Shown here piece by piece: positions 51,239-61,752 of a DNA stretch of 64,000 bases. The stretch covers positions 19,596 to 83,595 of the forward strand of contig CAZBLC010000001.1 in NCBI GenBank assembly GCA_964492835.1, written 5' to 3'. This DNA comes from an uncultured Candidatus Saccharibacteria bacterium. Its GTDB lineage: Bacteria; Patescibacteriota; Minisyncoccia; Phycocordibacterales; PALSA-1337. A program made the translations under genes and the position numbers. Under the pieces are notes generated by a model. That model did not search any database and was not told the origin of the DNA. It saw nothing but the letters and a program-made list of their open reading frames with translations. Numbering within the stretch: the first letter of the stretch is position 1; every line of letters begins with the position of its first letter.

Positions 51239-52162
51239 TTAATCATTCAATATGCACTTGTCATCAGAATCTATTTCTGACAGTGTGATCATAAAGTGAC
51301 TTGTGGTCTCTTTTGCACTAACATCTCGCATCAAATTAGCCGAATTAGTATGTATACCTATCGAAGGATTCCAGAAATCTAATTGTTTTGCTGTCTGTTC
51401 AAGTATCCACAAACATAGTGGACAATCACTTTGACTAGGGTTTTTTAGATTAAGTATTTCATCACTATTACCTGTACAAAATGACTTTGATGTTAGCTCA
51501 TCCATCACATTAGACTCATCCAGAGGCAGATAGTGCGAAAAGTCACTACTTATTACCAAAGCTACATTGTCTTGAACAATGATTGGTTTTAATATTCTAA
51601 GTATCTCCTCCCTTTGATAGCTACTTCCTCTTCCTTTCTGTGATACTACAATTGGTACCACCTCGGCATCAGGAATATAGTATTTAATGAATGGAATAAT
51701 TGTAAATATTCCATGTTCTAGAGAGAATAACTTAGATGAACCCATTATATCTTTTGAATTTAATATCTTTTCTACAACCTCGTTAGATATTAATGAATTG
51801 CCAAAATACGTTTCAAACTGCCCTTTTGATGTACAGAACATTTTAGAACAGTATTTGAAATGATCTGGTGATATTACTACAACCAGTTTAGGGTTAGATT
51901 TTGCAATAGACTTTATACCCAAAGCTATAGACTTAGATGCGACAAGGTGATGAGGCACAACCACTGCCTTTATCTCATCTTTTATCACCACATCTTTTGC
52001 TTGTACTATTCCATCTATAACAGCAAGATTAAGAGATTCATCATTTGCAATATATGATATATCTTTCTGATATATATCCCTAAACAAGATAATACAAGCG
52101 ACTATAGCAAGTATTACTGCTAGATATTTAGCTATTTGTCTCCAAGTAAATCTCTGAACCAT
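51239..52162 (-). CDS. Memo/AmmeMemoRadiSam-B-like (LigB-superfamily) protein with N-terminal TM anchor
   Basis: AVVVPHHLVA...VVVISPDHF...ISSDFSHY His-rich motifs resemble the Memo family. 307 aa. Confidence 0.4.
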   Translation of the reverse strand: MVQRFTWRQIAKYLAVILAIVACIILFRDIYQKDISYIANDESLNLAVIDGIVQAKDVVIKDEIKAVVVPHHLVASKSIALGIKSIAKSNPKLVVVISPDHFKYCSKMFCTSKGQFETYFGNSLISNEVVEKILNSKDIMGSSKLFSLEHGIFTIIPFIKYYIPDAEVVPIVVSQKGRGSSYQREEILRILKPIIVQDNVALVISSDFSHYLPLDESNVMDELTSKSFCTGNSDEILNLKNPSQSDCPLCLWILEQTAKQLDFWNPSIGIHTNSANLMRDVSAKETTSHFMITLSEIDSDDKCILND

Positions 52163-54669
52163 TTGTTATTAGTTGGCCATTCCTTCTTAGGCTTGTAAGT
52201 TATACTACTATCTCCTCCTTCGTCGGTATAGAAATTACTTTGCCAATCTTCATCTGTTAGTCTTTCATCAGTTATTGATTCATATTGAGAATATGTAAAC
52301 CCAACTGTTAATCTAGGACCGTTGATATCCTTAACTGCAACAAAGATTATTCTTGGAACTCCTGTTCCTTCTTCTAGAATTCCTCCATTCATATCTGTAT
52401 GTATATCAGCAACTACTGCAGTTCTCTTGTCTTTGATTGGAAGTATTGGACCTTCTACCGACTCAGGTAGTGATGATTTCATCTGTTCTACAAGATCAAC
52501 TCTAATTTCTTCCCATCGACTTATTGGATTTACAACACCACCTCTCTTAACCTCTGAATCAGGTGAGATAAATGATTCAGTACATTCTTTTGCTTGAGAT
52601 TCAGAATATCTCTTCTTTGTTATAACAGATTCGTTGAATGATGTATTCTCTAATTGAAGTTTTGTGTATTCTCTAATTTTGTTTAGGAGGTCTATATAGT
52701 TCTCAAGCTTTACTGAGTTTTTCAACTTAAGTCCTCTAGCATCATATTCAGCAAGTAGTCTTTTTGCTGTGTAGTACAAACGATCATATGCCTCAGCTTG
52801 TGGTTCAATATATCCCTTTGCTGGATTTGGAACAGGTATTAAATCACACTCATCATCTCCTCCACCACCCTTCTCTGCAAAAGATTGTTTAGCGTATAGG
52901 ATTGATGTATGACGTAATTCAGTCCAGAATCCTGAAGCGGTTAACAATGTTTTTGCATTCCATAATGGTGCCTGCATGAATTGAGGTAGACTTGATCTAT
53001 TTGTGTCTAGCCAGTTAAACAATCCAGACACAGTCCATAGTGAACTTGTATATAGATTACTCTTCCAATATTCTTCACTCCATCCGTCTGCTTCTTTCTT
53101 TAGTGCATCGTGAGTATTATCTATTGCCTGCTTGTAGTCGGAATAGAATGGTAGATCAGTAAATCTAGATTTAGCATAGTTTGATCCAAGGATTGACATT
53201 ATCTGCAATGAAGAAGCTTTATCTGATAATTTAACTCCACTCTCGTCCCCCTTAGTTAATCTACTTGTCCAATATGAATCTGGAATAAATTTTTGACTCA
53301 AGAAACGCATACCGGCTAGTGCATTTATCTCATCCTCTACTGTAACGTTGACCAGTGGATCTATGTTAACTGGCATTGCCTTTATCTTTGCTCCTGGCTT
53401 TCTCTTATTTAGATATTCAGTTAGAGCTTTTAAATCATTAGCCTTTGCATTTCCTAACTCCTTGTTTGCTGCAATATAGTCACTTACGTCTAGATCATCA
53501 CTTTCACCCACTACAAAAGAAATTAGTGATGAGAGTGATTCATAGTTTTTCTTAGACTTATCATTACTATCCAAAAGTCCTGCAATACCTACTGCGTAAC
53601 TAGTTAAATCATTACTTGCTAGCAGAAACGGTATTTGTTGATACCACTGTACTGCTCTAAAGTATTGTCTACGTATTGAGCTACTTGTATATGTTCCTCT
53701 TGGTTTAAAGAGAGTGAATGGTATTACCACTTCAACATCAGAAACTATTCTTTCGAATTCTTTCTCAAATATCTTTGGCTTTCCTCTTCCCTCTGATGCA
53801 CCATATACCTGCTTAAGATCTGCTAGTACAACGTCTAGACTTTCCTTATCTAGTTTTAGTGCTTCAACAAACTTACTAGCATTCTCATAGCTATCGATAT
53901 CCTTGTCCTTAGCAATAAATTCTTCTTGTAGGGTCTCAAGCGGAGTGCCATTTTTAGCACTCTCTGAATTCCAATAGCTATCTGCATCTATTGGCTTTGC
54001 TGAAGTTGATAGCAGAGTGTATGGTATTGCAAGATAGTTTCTAACCTTCTTCCACTTATTGATATCTGATTCTGTATTTGATTTCTTAAGGTTATTTGAT
54101 GCCTGATCATACATATCTTTTGTCATTGATTGGACACTGTCAAAAAGATACTTATTCTCTGTCTCCTTTAGTAGCTCAGCAGAGAGAGTTGAGAACAAAT
54201 ACATAGATATATCTGAAGATATAAATACGGAATTAGCCTGTGTTCTGTCTTTATAGTCATGTTTGCCAGAGATACCGCTATATAGTGATACGAATTCTCT
54301 ATTGTTGTCATAAACAGGAAGTCCGTCCTTTGCTAGGTTTGTATCTAGTATGTTTTTTACTACAAACTTATTACTCTCCAGGCTATCTATCTCTTCTTTT
54401 GAGAATTTAAAACCGTATGCCTTCTCTATATCAGGTATGTTCTTTATTTCAGATAATTTAAAAGGTTTAGAGATATCAGCATTAATCTTAATATCTTGCT
54501 TCACAAAATCTACTTTTGCTAATGGTGATTTAAAGATAACGGGGGCGCTAGAGTCTGGTGTAGTATTAGAAACATCACTAACTATAGTAGTATCTTTCTT
54601 TAAAGACATTACAATCGCCAATGCGATCAAAAGCACAACCAACATGTAAATTTTAAATTTTGTTTTCAT
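52132..54669 (-). CDS. Large (845 aa) signal-anchored extracytoplasmic protein of unknown function
   Basis: N-terminal MKTKFKIYMLVVLLIALAIVMSL. No catalytic motif recognised. 31-nt overlap with the downstream Memo-like gene. Confidence 0.5.
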   Translation of the reverse strand: MKTKFKIYMLVVLLIALAIVMSLKKDTTIVSDVSNTTPDSSAPVIFKSPLAKVDFVKQDIKINADISKPFKLSEIKNIPDIEKAYGFKFSKEEIDSLESNKFVVKNILDTNLAKDGLPVYDNNREFVSLYSGISGKHDYKDRTQANSVFISSDISMYLFSTLSAELLKETENKYLFDSVQSMTKDMYDQASNNLKKSNTESDINKWKKVRNYLAIPYTLLSTSAKPIDADSYWNSESAKNGTPLETLQEEFIAKDKDIDSYENASKFVEALKLDKESLDVVLADLKQVYGASEGRGKPKIFEKEFERIVSDVEVVIPFTLFKPRGTYTSSSIRRQYFRAVQWYQQIPFLLASNDLTSYAVGIAGLLDSNDKSKKNYESLSSLISFVVGESDDLDVSDYIAANKELGNAKANDLKALTEYLNKRKPGAKIKAMPVNIDPLVNVTVEDEINALAGMRFLSQKFIPDSYWTSRLTKGDESGVKLSDKASSLQIMSILGSNYAKSRFTDLPFYSDYKQAIDNTHDALKKEADGWSEEYWKSNLYTSSLWTVSGLFNWLDTNRSSLPQFMQAPLWNAKTLLTASGFWTELRHTSILYAKQSFAEKGGGGDDECDLIPVPNPAKGYIEPQAEAYDRLYYTAKRLLAEYDARGLKLKNSVKLENYIDLLNKIREYTKLQLENTSFNESVITKKRYSESQAKECTESFISPDSEVKRGGVVNPISRWEEIRVDLVEQMKSSLPESVEGPILPIKDKRTAVVADIHTDMNGGILEEGTGVPRIIFVAVKDINGPRLTVGFTYSQYESITDERLTDEDWQSNFYTDEGGDSSITYKPKKEWPTNNKWFRDLLGDK

Positions 54670-54689
54670 ATATTATTAATTATTCTAAG

Positions 54690-54777
54690 CGGAAACGGAG
54701 GGATTCGAACCCTCGGAGCCTTTAAGGGGCTCACATCTTTAGCAAAGATGGTCGTTAAACCACTCCGACACGTTTCC
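54690..54777 (-). tRNA. tRNA-Ser (anticodon GCU)
   Basis: Manual fold: acceptor GGAAACG/CGTTTCC, anticodon stem CATCT/AGATG, loop TTGCTAA, long variable arm GAGCC-CCTTAAA-GGCTC, T-arm GAGGG-TTCGAAT-CCCTC, G73. CCA not encoded. Confidence 0.85.
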
Positions 54778-54778
54778 A

Positions 54779-55840
54779 TTAAATCAACTTCTTTAAGAAC
54801 TTATTATTACCTGTACCAATTATTTTGAGGTATTTTGACACATCACTTTTGTTCTCTATTCTCACATCATTACCATCTTTTGTTATTCTTACACAAAACC
54901 CTAGTTTTATCAAAATATCCGCAACCGACATTAGGACTAATTTACTTTTACTTGTAAATGCAATCTTGTTATATACATACACCTTTTTACCAACTCTATA
55001 TGAATGCTTGAATACACAACCATCAGTATCCACCAGCCCTCTTACACAAGCTATCGATAGCTTGCTATCCTTCTTTATCCATTCTGGTATATCGATATTA
55101 TTCTTTATTTTGTTACCTGATTTAAGACCAATACTTTTACAGTAATCGACTAGATTCCTTCTATGTATAACTAAATCTACAGCTCTAAACTTCTTATGCT
55201 TATACACAATAGAATCAATACCGAATAAATCTTTAATTATTTTCTTTACATAAGTGACATATTCTTTATCAGCAACAGAATCTAGAGTTATTCTAACTGA
55301 ATAATTACTGATACTTCCATCTCCAATTATAATTCCAACGAATTCAGCAAGCTTCTCTGATTTAACAGGTATTAATATTTCTTTTCTATCGTAGATAGGG
55401 TTAATAGCATGTATACCCTTTTCATTCCACCATTTATACCAAGCGTCCTTTCTTTTTTCTTCATTACAAATACCGCCATACTTTTTAAATCTTACAGTTC
55501 CACCCTTTTTTCCTGCTACACTTAAATGATCTATCCATTTAATTACTTTGATATCCTTAGGTACAGAAATACCACTTCTCGTAGATAGTTCCAGTAGGGC
55601 GTTATGTGAAATTTTTCTTTTCTCCTTAGCCCAGAGATATATAGTTTTGTGACTGACACCAAATAGCTTCGACATTGATGAATACGACAATTTTAGCTTA
55701 TTCTTGCAAGCTAAAATGTATTTAGACTGTTGTCCTTTCTTGAATATCACCCTGTCTAATACATACGCTTCTGACATGGTTCTATTATACCATTTAAAAC
55801 AAAACACCTGATCAATCGACGCAGGTGTTCTAGACTTCAT
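54779..55840 (-). CDS. Free-standing LAGLIDADG homing-endonuclease-like protein (double-motif) with N-terminal helix-turn-helix
   Basis: Two LAGLIDADG motifs (GIIIGDGSIS and GLVDTDGCVF), N-terminal HTH (SYSSMSKLFGVSHKTIYLWAKEK). Stop codon 1 nt from the tRNA-Ser 5' end. Confidence 0.8.
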   Translation of the reverse strand: MKSRTPASIDQVFCFKWYNRTMSEAYVLDRVIFKKGQQSKYILACKNKLKLSYSSMSKLFGVSHKTIYLWAKEKRKISHNALLELSTRSGISVPKDIKVIKWIDHLSVAGKKGGTVRFKKYGGICNEEKRKDAWYKWWNEKGIHAINPIYDRKEILIPVKSEKLAEFVGIIIGDGSISNYSVRITLDSVADKEYVTYVKKIIKDLFGIDSIVYKHKKFRAVDLVIHRRNLVDYCKSIGLKSGNKIKNNIDIPEWIKKDSKLSIACVRGLVDTDGCVFKHSYRVGKKVYVYNKIAFTSKSKLVLMSVADILIKLGFCVRITKDGNDVRIENKSDVSKYLKIIGTGNNKFLKKLI

Positions 55841-56286
55841 TTCACAGGCATCATTACCTGTCCTATGAACTTTGGAAAAAATTTTTCATCCACAACAGAG
55901 CGGACTATTGGTATCACGAAGATGAGAATCGCCACAAGGGAGATTCCGACAAAAATGATGAATCCGAAGGGTGACAACCACAAAAGAAAAATTGTCATGG
56001 ATTTTATGTCACCATCAAAGGTAATAAACCTCAAGACAATTGCCGCCACAACAGCAAATGCGCTTCCCATTGCATATGCAGGCATAAATCGAGTCATTTC
56101 ATGAAGTGGGATTTCAGCAACCACAGCAAATATCGTTAAAAACATACCGAATAAATCAATCAGTATGCCGAGTATTACTACACAGGCTCCAATACCCATA
56201 ATTGCGGTATGGAGTAGGTTTTTGAATGCATTCATAAGAAGACCTAAAACTAACGAAATGGTACAAGTAAACATAGCTAGAGTCAA
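55837..56286 (-). CDS. Hypothetical polytopic membrane protein
   Basis: 149 aa, four hydrophobic helices. Confidence 0.4.
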   Translation of the reverse strand: MTLAMFTCTISLVLGLLMNAFKNLLHTAIMGIGACVVILGILIDLFGMFLTIFAVVAEIPLHEMTRFMPAYAMGSAFAVVAAIVLRFITFDGDIKSMTIFLLWLSPFGFIIFVGISLVAILIFVIPIVRSVVDEKFFPKFIGQVMMPVK

Positions 56287-56291
56287 TCGTA

Positions 56292-58496
56292 TTGGAGTGT
56301 CTGGTATCGTATAATATGCGAATGGATATACACTCTTTAATCACAGAACACTCTAGACTAAGTACACCTCAAAAGGATGCATTGAAGAAACTTGGTATAC
56401 ACACCATCCTCGATCTGCTATATCACTTCCCTGCACGCTACGGCGACTCTAGTCAGACACAGAATATATCTTCACTTAAGAAAGGAGATACTGCCGTTAT
56501 CTTTGGAAGAATATCTAAACTTAAGACAAGTAAGGGATACAAAAGTAAGATAGCGATGGCTGATGCATGGGTTGAAGACGAGAGTGGAAAAATACATTGT
56601 GTATGGTTCAATCAACCATACTTAGCAAAAATGACTCCAGAGGGAGTACTGGTAAGAATTGAGGGTAAGGTAAGTCAGAGAAAAACTGGAGAGATATATT
56701 TCTCAAATCCTAAGCTTGAGATTATAAACAAAATACCAATAGGTGTTGGTGATTCGCTATTCGGAAGTGATGGTGAAGCTCATACTCTCTACCCCATATA
56801 CCCTGAATCTAAAGGTATTAGTTCAAACTGGATATACCATAAGGTGATAGAGATATTAAAAAGTGATGTATTGGATAGCATTATTGATCCAATTCCAAAA
56901 GAAATACTTGAGAGATATAGTTTGCCTGGTATAAAGACAGCATTAATATGGATGCATACACCAATGAAGCTATCTGATGCACAGACTGCAAGAAAAAGAT
57001 TTGCCTTTGAAGAGATCTTCTATATCCAACTAGAGAAACAGATAGCAAGAAAGCAGTACCAACAAAACGAAGCGTATGCCATAGAGCCAAGTCAAAAGAA
57101 TATGGATGAGTTCATTAAACGATTCCCCTTTGAAGCTACAGAAGCTCAACATAAATCTATATCGACAATTGTATCCGATTTTAAAAGTGGGCATGCTATG
57201 TCTCGACTACTTGAAGGAGATGTTGGTTCTGGTAAGACAGCTGTTGCTGCTAGTACTGCATATGCTGTAGTTACCACAACCCCCAAGGGTCGTAAATTTG
57301 GTAATCTACAAGTTGCATATATGTGCCCTACCGAGATACTTGCAACACAACACTTTGAATCATTCATACAATACTTCTCATATCTAGGAATACAAGTTGG
57401 ACTCATAACTGGTAGTGGATGCAGGAAGTTTCCTTCAAAGATTAATCCTAAAGGGTGGACTGATATATCTAGAGCTCAACTTCTTAAATGGGTGGCGAAT
57501 GGTGAGATACCTATATTGATTGGTACTCATGCTCTGATACAGAAAACAGTTAAGTTTAGAGACTTGGCATATGTGATAATTGATGAACAACATAGATTTG
57601 GATTGAAGCAGAGAGCATCACTAGTTCAAAAGGATATTTTAGGTAAGATGCGTGCTCCTCACCTGCTATCAATGACAGCAACTCCAATACCTCGTACTCT
57701 TGCCCTTACAATATACGGAGATCTAGATCTAACCCTACTAGATCAAATGCCACACGGAAGAAAACCTGTAATTACTGAGATCATTACACCTGATCAGAGA
57801 GATGCAATATATGAGAAGGTGCGTAGTGAACTGCAATCTGGTAGACAAGCCTATGTTATATGTCCTCGTATTGATGAACCAGATCCAGACAAAGAGATGG
57901 CAATCAATGCTAAATCAGTTATAGAGGAATCTAAGAGACTTAAAGAAAAAGTTTTCAAGGAATATAGCATTGGCATATTACACAGCAAGATGAAGCCAGC
58001 TGAGAAAGACAAAGTTATGCTTGATTTCAAAGCGCATAAAATAGATATACTTTGTGCTACATCTGTAGTTGAAGTTGGAGTTAATGTACCTAATGCTACT
58101 GTCATCATCATAGAGGGTGCTGAGAGATTTGGTCTTGCACAACTACATCAATTAAGAGGAAGAGTTATACGATCTAACAATCAAGCATATTGTTATGTAT
58201 TTGCTGAGACTAAGAGTGAAAAGACTGTTAGTAGATTGAATGCACTTAAGACTGCAAAGAATGGATTCGAACTAGCCGAATATGACCTTAAGTTCCGTGG
58301 TGCTGGCGAACTATCTGGAGGCAAGCAATGGGGAGTGTCTGATATTGCCATGGAAGCATTACAGAATATTAAGATGGTAGAAGCTGCTAGAACTGAAGCT
58401 AAGAATATTGTGGATATTGATATTGAGATTAATAGCTATCCTCAGGTTAAAAAGGAATTAAAGGAGAGGAAGAAGAATATTACGCATTGGGAGTAG
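56292..58496 (+). CDS. recG: ATP-dependent DNA helicase RecG
   Basis: Wedge/OB N-terminal domain, helicase motifs GDVGSGKTAVA, IIDEQHRFG, TATPIPRT, and the C-terminal RecG region. The true start may be MRMD a few codons in. Confidence 0.9.
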   Translation: MECLVSYNMRMDIHSLITEHSRLSTPQKDALKKLGIHTILDLLYHFPARYGDSSQTQNISSLKKGDTAVIFGRISKLKTSKGYKSKIAMADAWVEDESGKIHCVWFNQPYLAKMTPEGVLVRIEGKVSQRKTGEIYFSNPKLEIINKIPIGVGDSLFGSDGEAHTLYPIYPESKGISSNWIYHKVIEILKSDVLDSIIDPIPKEILERYSLPGIKTALIWMHTPMKLSDAQTARKRFAFEEIFYIQLEKQIARKQYQQNEAYAIEPSQKNMDEFIKRFPFEATEAQHKSISTIVSDFKSGHAMSRLLEGDVGSGKTAVAASTAYAVVTTTPKGRKFGNLQVAYMCPTEILATQHFESFIQYFSYLGIQVGLITGSGCRKFPSKINPKGWTDISRAQLLKWVANGEIPILIGTHALIQKTVKFRDLAYVIIDEQHRFGLKQRASLVQKDILGKMRAPHLLSMTATPIPRTLALTIYGDLDLTLLDQMPHGRKPVITEIITPDQRDAIYEKVRSELQSGRQAYVICPRIDEPDPDKEMAINAKSVIEESKRLKEKVFKEYSIGILHSKMKPAEKDKVMLDFKAHKIDILCATSVVEVGVNVPNATVIIIEGAERFGLAQLHQLRGRVIRSNNQAYCYVFAETKSEKTVSRLNALKTAKNGFELAEYDLKFRGAGELSGGKQWGVSDIAMEALQNIKMVEAARTEAKNIVDIDIEINSYPQVKKELKERKKNITHWE

Positions 58497-58512
58497 AGTA
58501 ATATTCTTTATT

Positions 58513-58588
58513 TGGTGCGCGCGCCAGGGGTCGAACCTGGGACCGCTCGAGTATAAGTCGAATGCTCTACCAACTGAGCTACGCGCGC
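58513..58588 (-). tRNA. tRNA with anticodon UAU (Ile-decoding AUA by anticodon), CCA encoded
   Basis: Manual fold: acceptor GCGCGCG/CGCGCGC, D-arm GCTC-AGTTGGTA-GAGC, anticodon stem TTCGA/TCGAG, loop CTTATAC, T-arm CCAGG-TTCGACC-CCTGG, A73, CCA. Confidence 0.75.
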
Positions 58589-58621
58589 TTACCAACATAA
58601 TAGACTATTATACGTTTTTTC

Positions 58622-59281
58622 TCAACATAATGAGTCTTTAATGTATTTGATACTTGAAATGATTCTATTATATAGATTTACATCCCCAACCATGAGTGAA
58701 CATGTGCCATGACCAAATCCTGTTTTATATGTAATATCAGTTATATTTGATTTCTTAATATAGCACCTCTTAAAATTTATCTCTTTTACTCCGAGAGTGT
58801 TAGACCAGAATCTTATCTCCCTACCCTGATCCATATCTCTATATAGTTGTAATCTAACGAATATCTTTTCCTTGGGAATATCGTTTAAGAGTAGGAACTT
58901 GAAGAAAAACTTAATCATACTTGGATCAGTATTTGATATGACGACTGGTCCACCTCTTGATTTTGTACCCTCGGCCCAATATAGAAACAAACCACAAAGC
59001 TTTATCTCTCTTTCTGATAATCTATCAATATCTCCACCTACTGATTGATATATAGCCTCTAATCTTTTCTTCCTATTAGCTTCTTTTGTATTTCGACAAT
59101 GTTCAATCCTAACTTGATTGTTATCTCTCAAGGCTCTAATTCTTTCTTCGGATAGAGGAAAGTTTCTAAGCCAGAGACTTAATGTACTCTTACTTACCTT
59201 TATCTTTTCTTTTATCTGACTGTAGCTATATCCTTTTTTACGTAATGATATAGCTTTGTTTTTATCTATATTTCTTGCCAT
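58622..59281 (-). CDS. HTH + single-motif LAGLIDADG-like (LAGLIDADG_3-type) homing-endonuclease-like protein
   Basis: N-terminal HTH (GYSYSQIKEKIKVSKSTLSLWLRN) and a LYWAEGTK motif in LAGLIDADG position. 219 aa. Lies 34 nt upstream of the tRNA(UAU). Confidence 0.6.
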   Translation of the reverse strand: MARNIDKNKAISLRKKGYSYSQIKEKIKVSKSTLSLWLRNFPLSEERIRALRDNNQVRIEHCRNTKEANRKKRLEAIYQSVGGDIDRLSEREIKLCGLFLYWAEGTKSRGGPVVISNTDPSMIKFFFKFLLLNDIPKEKIFVRLQLYRDMDQGREIRFWSNTLGVKEINFKRCYIKKSNITDITYKTGFGHGTCSLMVGDVNLYNRIISSIKYIKDSLC

Positions 59282-59347
59282 CCATCCAGCATATCAAACC
59301 GAGATGAAATCCGTATAAAATTTTGATAAAATCTGGATAAAATTTAC

Positions 59348-61243
59348 CTAGTTCGAATGCTCTATATCCAACTTCTTCTTAAGTTCGATACCATGAGCTA
59401 CTATAATAGTCTCATATTCATCTCTTTCGATATTCTCCACCTCTATCAATCTCTTAGCTATAGCATCTAATGCTGGCTTATGTGTCTTTACTACATGCTC
59501 TGCTTTTTTATATGCTTCATCCATTATGCGAGCAACTTCTCCATCAACTTCACTACTTAACTTCTCTGAGAATACATTCTCTTCTACTCCTTTTCCAAAC
59601 ATAGCTCTTCCTCCAGAACTCTCAAGTGCTAGTACCCCTATCTTCTCTGACATACCATACTTTGTAACCATATCTCGAGCTAGAGCTGTAGAAACTTGTA
59701 GATCATTAGATGGTCCTGTTGTAACATCGTTAAACATCATTTTTTCTACAACATATCCCCCAAGTGATACTGCTATATCATCCAAGAATTCTTTCTTGCT
59801 CTGCATCTTCCTGTCATCAAGTGGCAAGTGAAGTGTATATCCTGCAGCTCTACCGCGTGAGATTATAGATATCTTATGTACTGGATCTGCAAATGGAAGC
59901 ACTGAAGATACTAGAGCATGTCCTGCTTCATGATATGCAGTTATCTCCTTCTCTTTCTTTGATAGGATATGACTCTTTCTCTCTGGTCCAAGCATTACTT
60001 TCTCAATTGCTCTGATTAGATCATACTGTGCCACCTTTGATCTGTTCTCTCTTGCTGCAAGTATAGCCCCTTCATTCATTAGAGAATATAGGTCTGCGCC
60101 AGAAAATCCTGGAGTTCTTTCAGCAATAACTTTAAGAGCTACATCTTCAGCAAATGGTTTCTTAGCTGAATGTATTTTTAATATCTCCTCTCTGTCATTT
60201 CTGTCAGGTAAATCAATTGTAACTCTCCTATCAAATCTTCCTGGTCTAAGTAGGGCTGGATCAAGTACATCTGGTCTGTTAGTTGCAGCCATTACAATCA
60301 CCTTTTCATTAGGCTCAAATCCATCCATCTCAACTAGTATCTGGTTTAGTGTCTGTTCTCTCTCATCATTACCTCCTCCAGTTCCTGTACCACGTGCGCG
60401 TCCTACAGCATCGATTTCATCTACGAATATAATTGCTGGTGCTGCTTGCTTTGCCATCTTGAACAAATCACGAACACGACTAGCTCCAACTCCGACAAAC
60501 ATTTCAACGAACTCTGATCCTGATATTGAGAAGAATGCTACTCCAGCTTCTCCTGCAACAGCACGAGCTAGAAGTGTCTTACCTGTTCCTGGTGCACCCA
60601 TAAGTAGTATTCCTTTTGGTATTACTGCTCCGATTTCCAAAAACTTTTTAGGATTCTTTAGAAAATCTACAATCTCTGCAAGTTCTTGCTTTGCTTCTTT
60701 TGCTCCAGCAACATCCTTGAAAGTAACTTTCTGTTTAGTGTCATCTGGAAGAATGATACGAGCCTTAGATTGACCGAATGAGAATGCTTGCATTCCTGAA
60801 CCCTTAACTTGTCTTGTAAAGAACCATACGATGAGTATTAGGAAAAGTATTGGTACTATAAATGGAGCGAGTTGGATAATCCAATATGCAAATCCACCAG
60901 GTCCTTCTATATCAATCTTCAATGCATTGAGCTTCTCTGCTGTTATACCATATCTTGCAAATGTCTCAGTAACTGCAGAGTCTGTCTCCTTCTTTGCTGT
61001 CTTTGTAGTTTTGTCAGTATATAGAGCAATTACATCATCTCCTCTTACAGTTATCTCACTTACCTTTGAAGCATTAATATCCTTAACTAATTCTGATATG
61101 GCGATACTTGTAGATTTACCACCCTGTTCAGCGATATATGCAAAGGTATTTGTGATTATAAACAAGACCAATATAGCTAGAGCTATTGAATTTACTAACC
61201 CAAAACGACTAGGTTTCTTTTGATTTTCAGTTTTTTTAGACAT
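59348..61243 (-). CDS. ftsH: ATP-dependent zinc metalloprotease FtsH
   Basis: N-terminal TM pair, AAA+ Walker [19 protein letters not shown] zinc motif. Confidence 0.95.
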   Translation of the reverse strand: MSKKTENQKKPSRFGLVNSIALAILVLFIITNTFAYIAEQGGKSTSIAISELVKDINASKVSEITVRGDDVIALYTDKTTKTAKKETDSAVTETFARYGITAEKLNALKIDIEGPGGFAYWIIQLAPFIVPILFLILIVWFFTRQVKGSGMQAFSFGQSKARIILPDDTKQKVTFKDVAGAKEAKQELAEIVDFLKNPKKFLEIGAVIPKGILLMGAPGTGKTLLARAVAGEAGVAFFSISGSEFVEMFVGVGASRVRDLFKMAKQAAPAIIFVDEIDAVGRARGTGTGGGNDEREQTLNQILVEMDGFEPNEKVIVMAATNRPDVLDPALLRPGRFDRRVTIDLPDRNDREEILKIHSAKKPFAEDVALKVIAERTPGFSGADLYSLMNEGAILAARENRSKVAQYDLIRAIEKVMLGPERKSHILSKKEKEITAYHEAGHALVSSVLPFADPVHKISIISRGRAAGYTLHLPLDDRKMQSKKEFLDDIAVSLGGYVVEKMMFNDVTTGPSNDLQVSTALARDMVTKYGMSEKIGVLALESSGGRAMFGKGVEENVFSEKLSSEVDGEVARIMDEAYKKAEHVVKTHKPALDAIAKRLIEVENIERDEYETIIVAHGIELKKKLDIEHSN

Positions 61244-61290
61244 GTGTTGATTATACTTAAAATGTAGAAAAATGCTATGATAATTCTGTT

Positions 61291-61740
61291 ATGTCAGACA
61301 GGTTAATATACAACAAGAAAATATCAGTAGATTATGAAATTCTCGAGAAATTCGAAGCTGGTATTGAGTTGCTTGGACTTGAGGTTAAAAGCCTTAGAAA
61401 CAACCAAGGTTCCCTATTGGGATCTCATATTACTGTGCGTGGTGGTGAGGTATTCATAATCGCCCTTAATATTCCTCCGTATCAGGTAAAGAATACGCCT
61501 AAGGAGTATAATCCTGAGAGAAACAGGAAGATACTACTTAAGAAAAGTGAGATACAAACTCTAGCTAGTTTGGAGGCAAAGAAGGGTTTGACAATAGTGC
61601 CAGTTTCAATGTATAGTAAGGACAAGAAAATCAAGGTTGAAATCGCCGTTGTTCGCGGTAAGAAGAAGTTTGATAAGCGCGAGGACATTAAGAAGCGAGA
61701 GGTAAATCGTGATATTCGAAGAGAGTTTAAGGATCGTTGA
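61291..61740 (+). CDS. smpB: SsrA-binding protein SmpB
   Basis: 149 aa SmpB fold sequence with a basic C-terminal tail. Immediately followed by the tmRNA gene. Confidence 0.92.
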   Translation: MSDRLIYNKKISVDYEILEKFEAGIELLGLEVKSLRNNQGSLLGSHITVRGGEVFIIALNIPPYQVKNTPKEYNPERNRKILLKKSEIQTLASLEAKKGLTIVPVSMYSKDKKIKVEIAVVRGKKKFDKREDIKKREVNRDIRREFKDR

Positions 61741-61752
61741 AAATTAATACAT

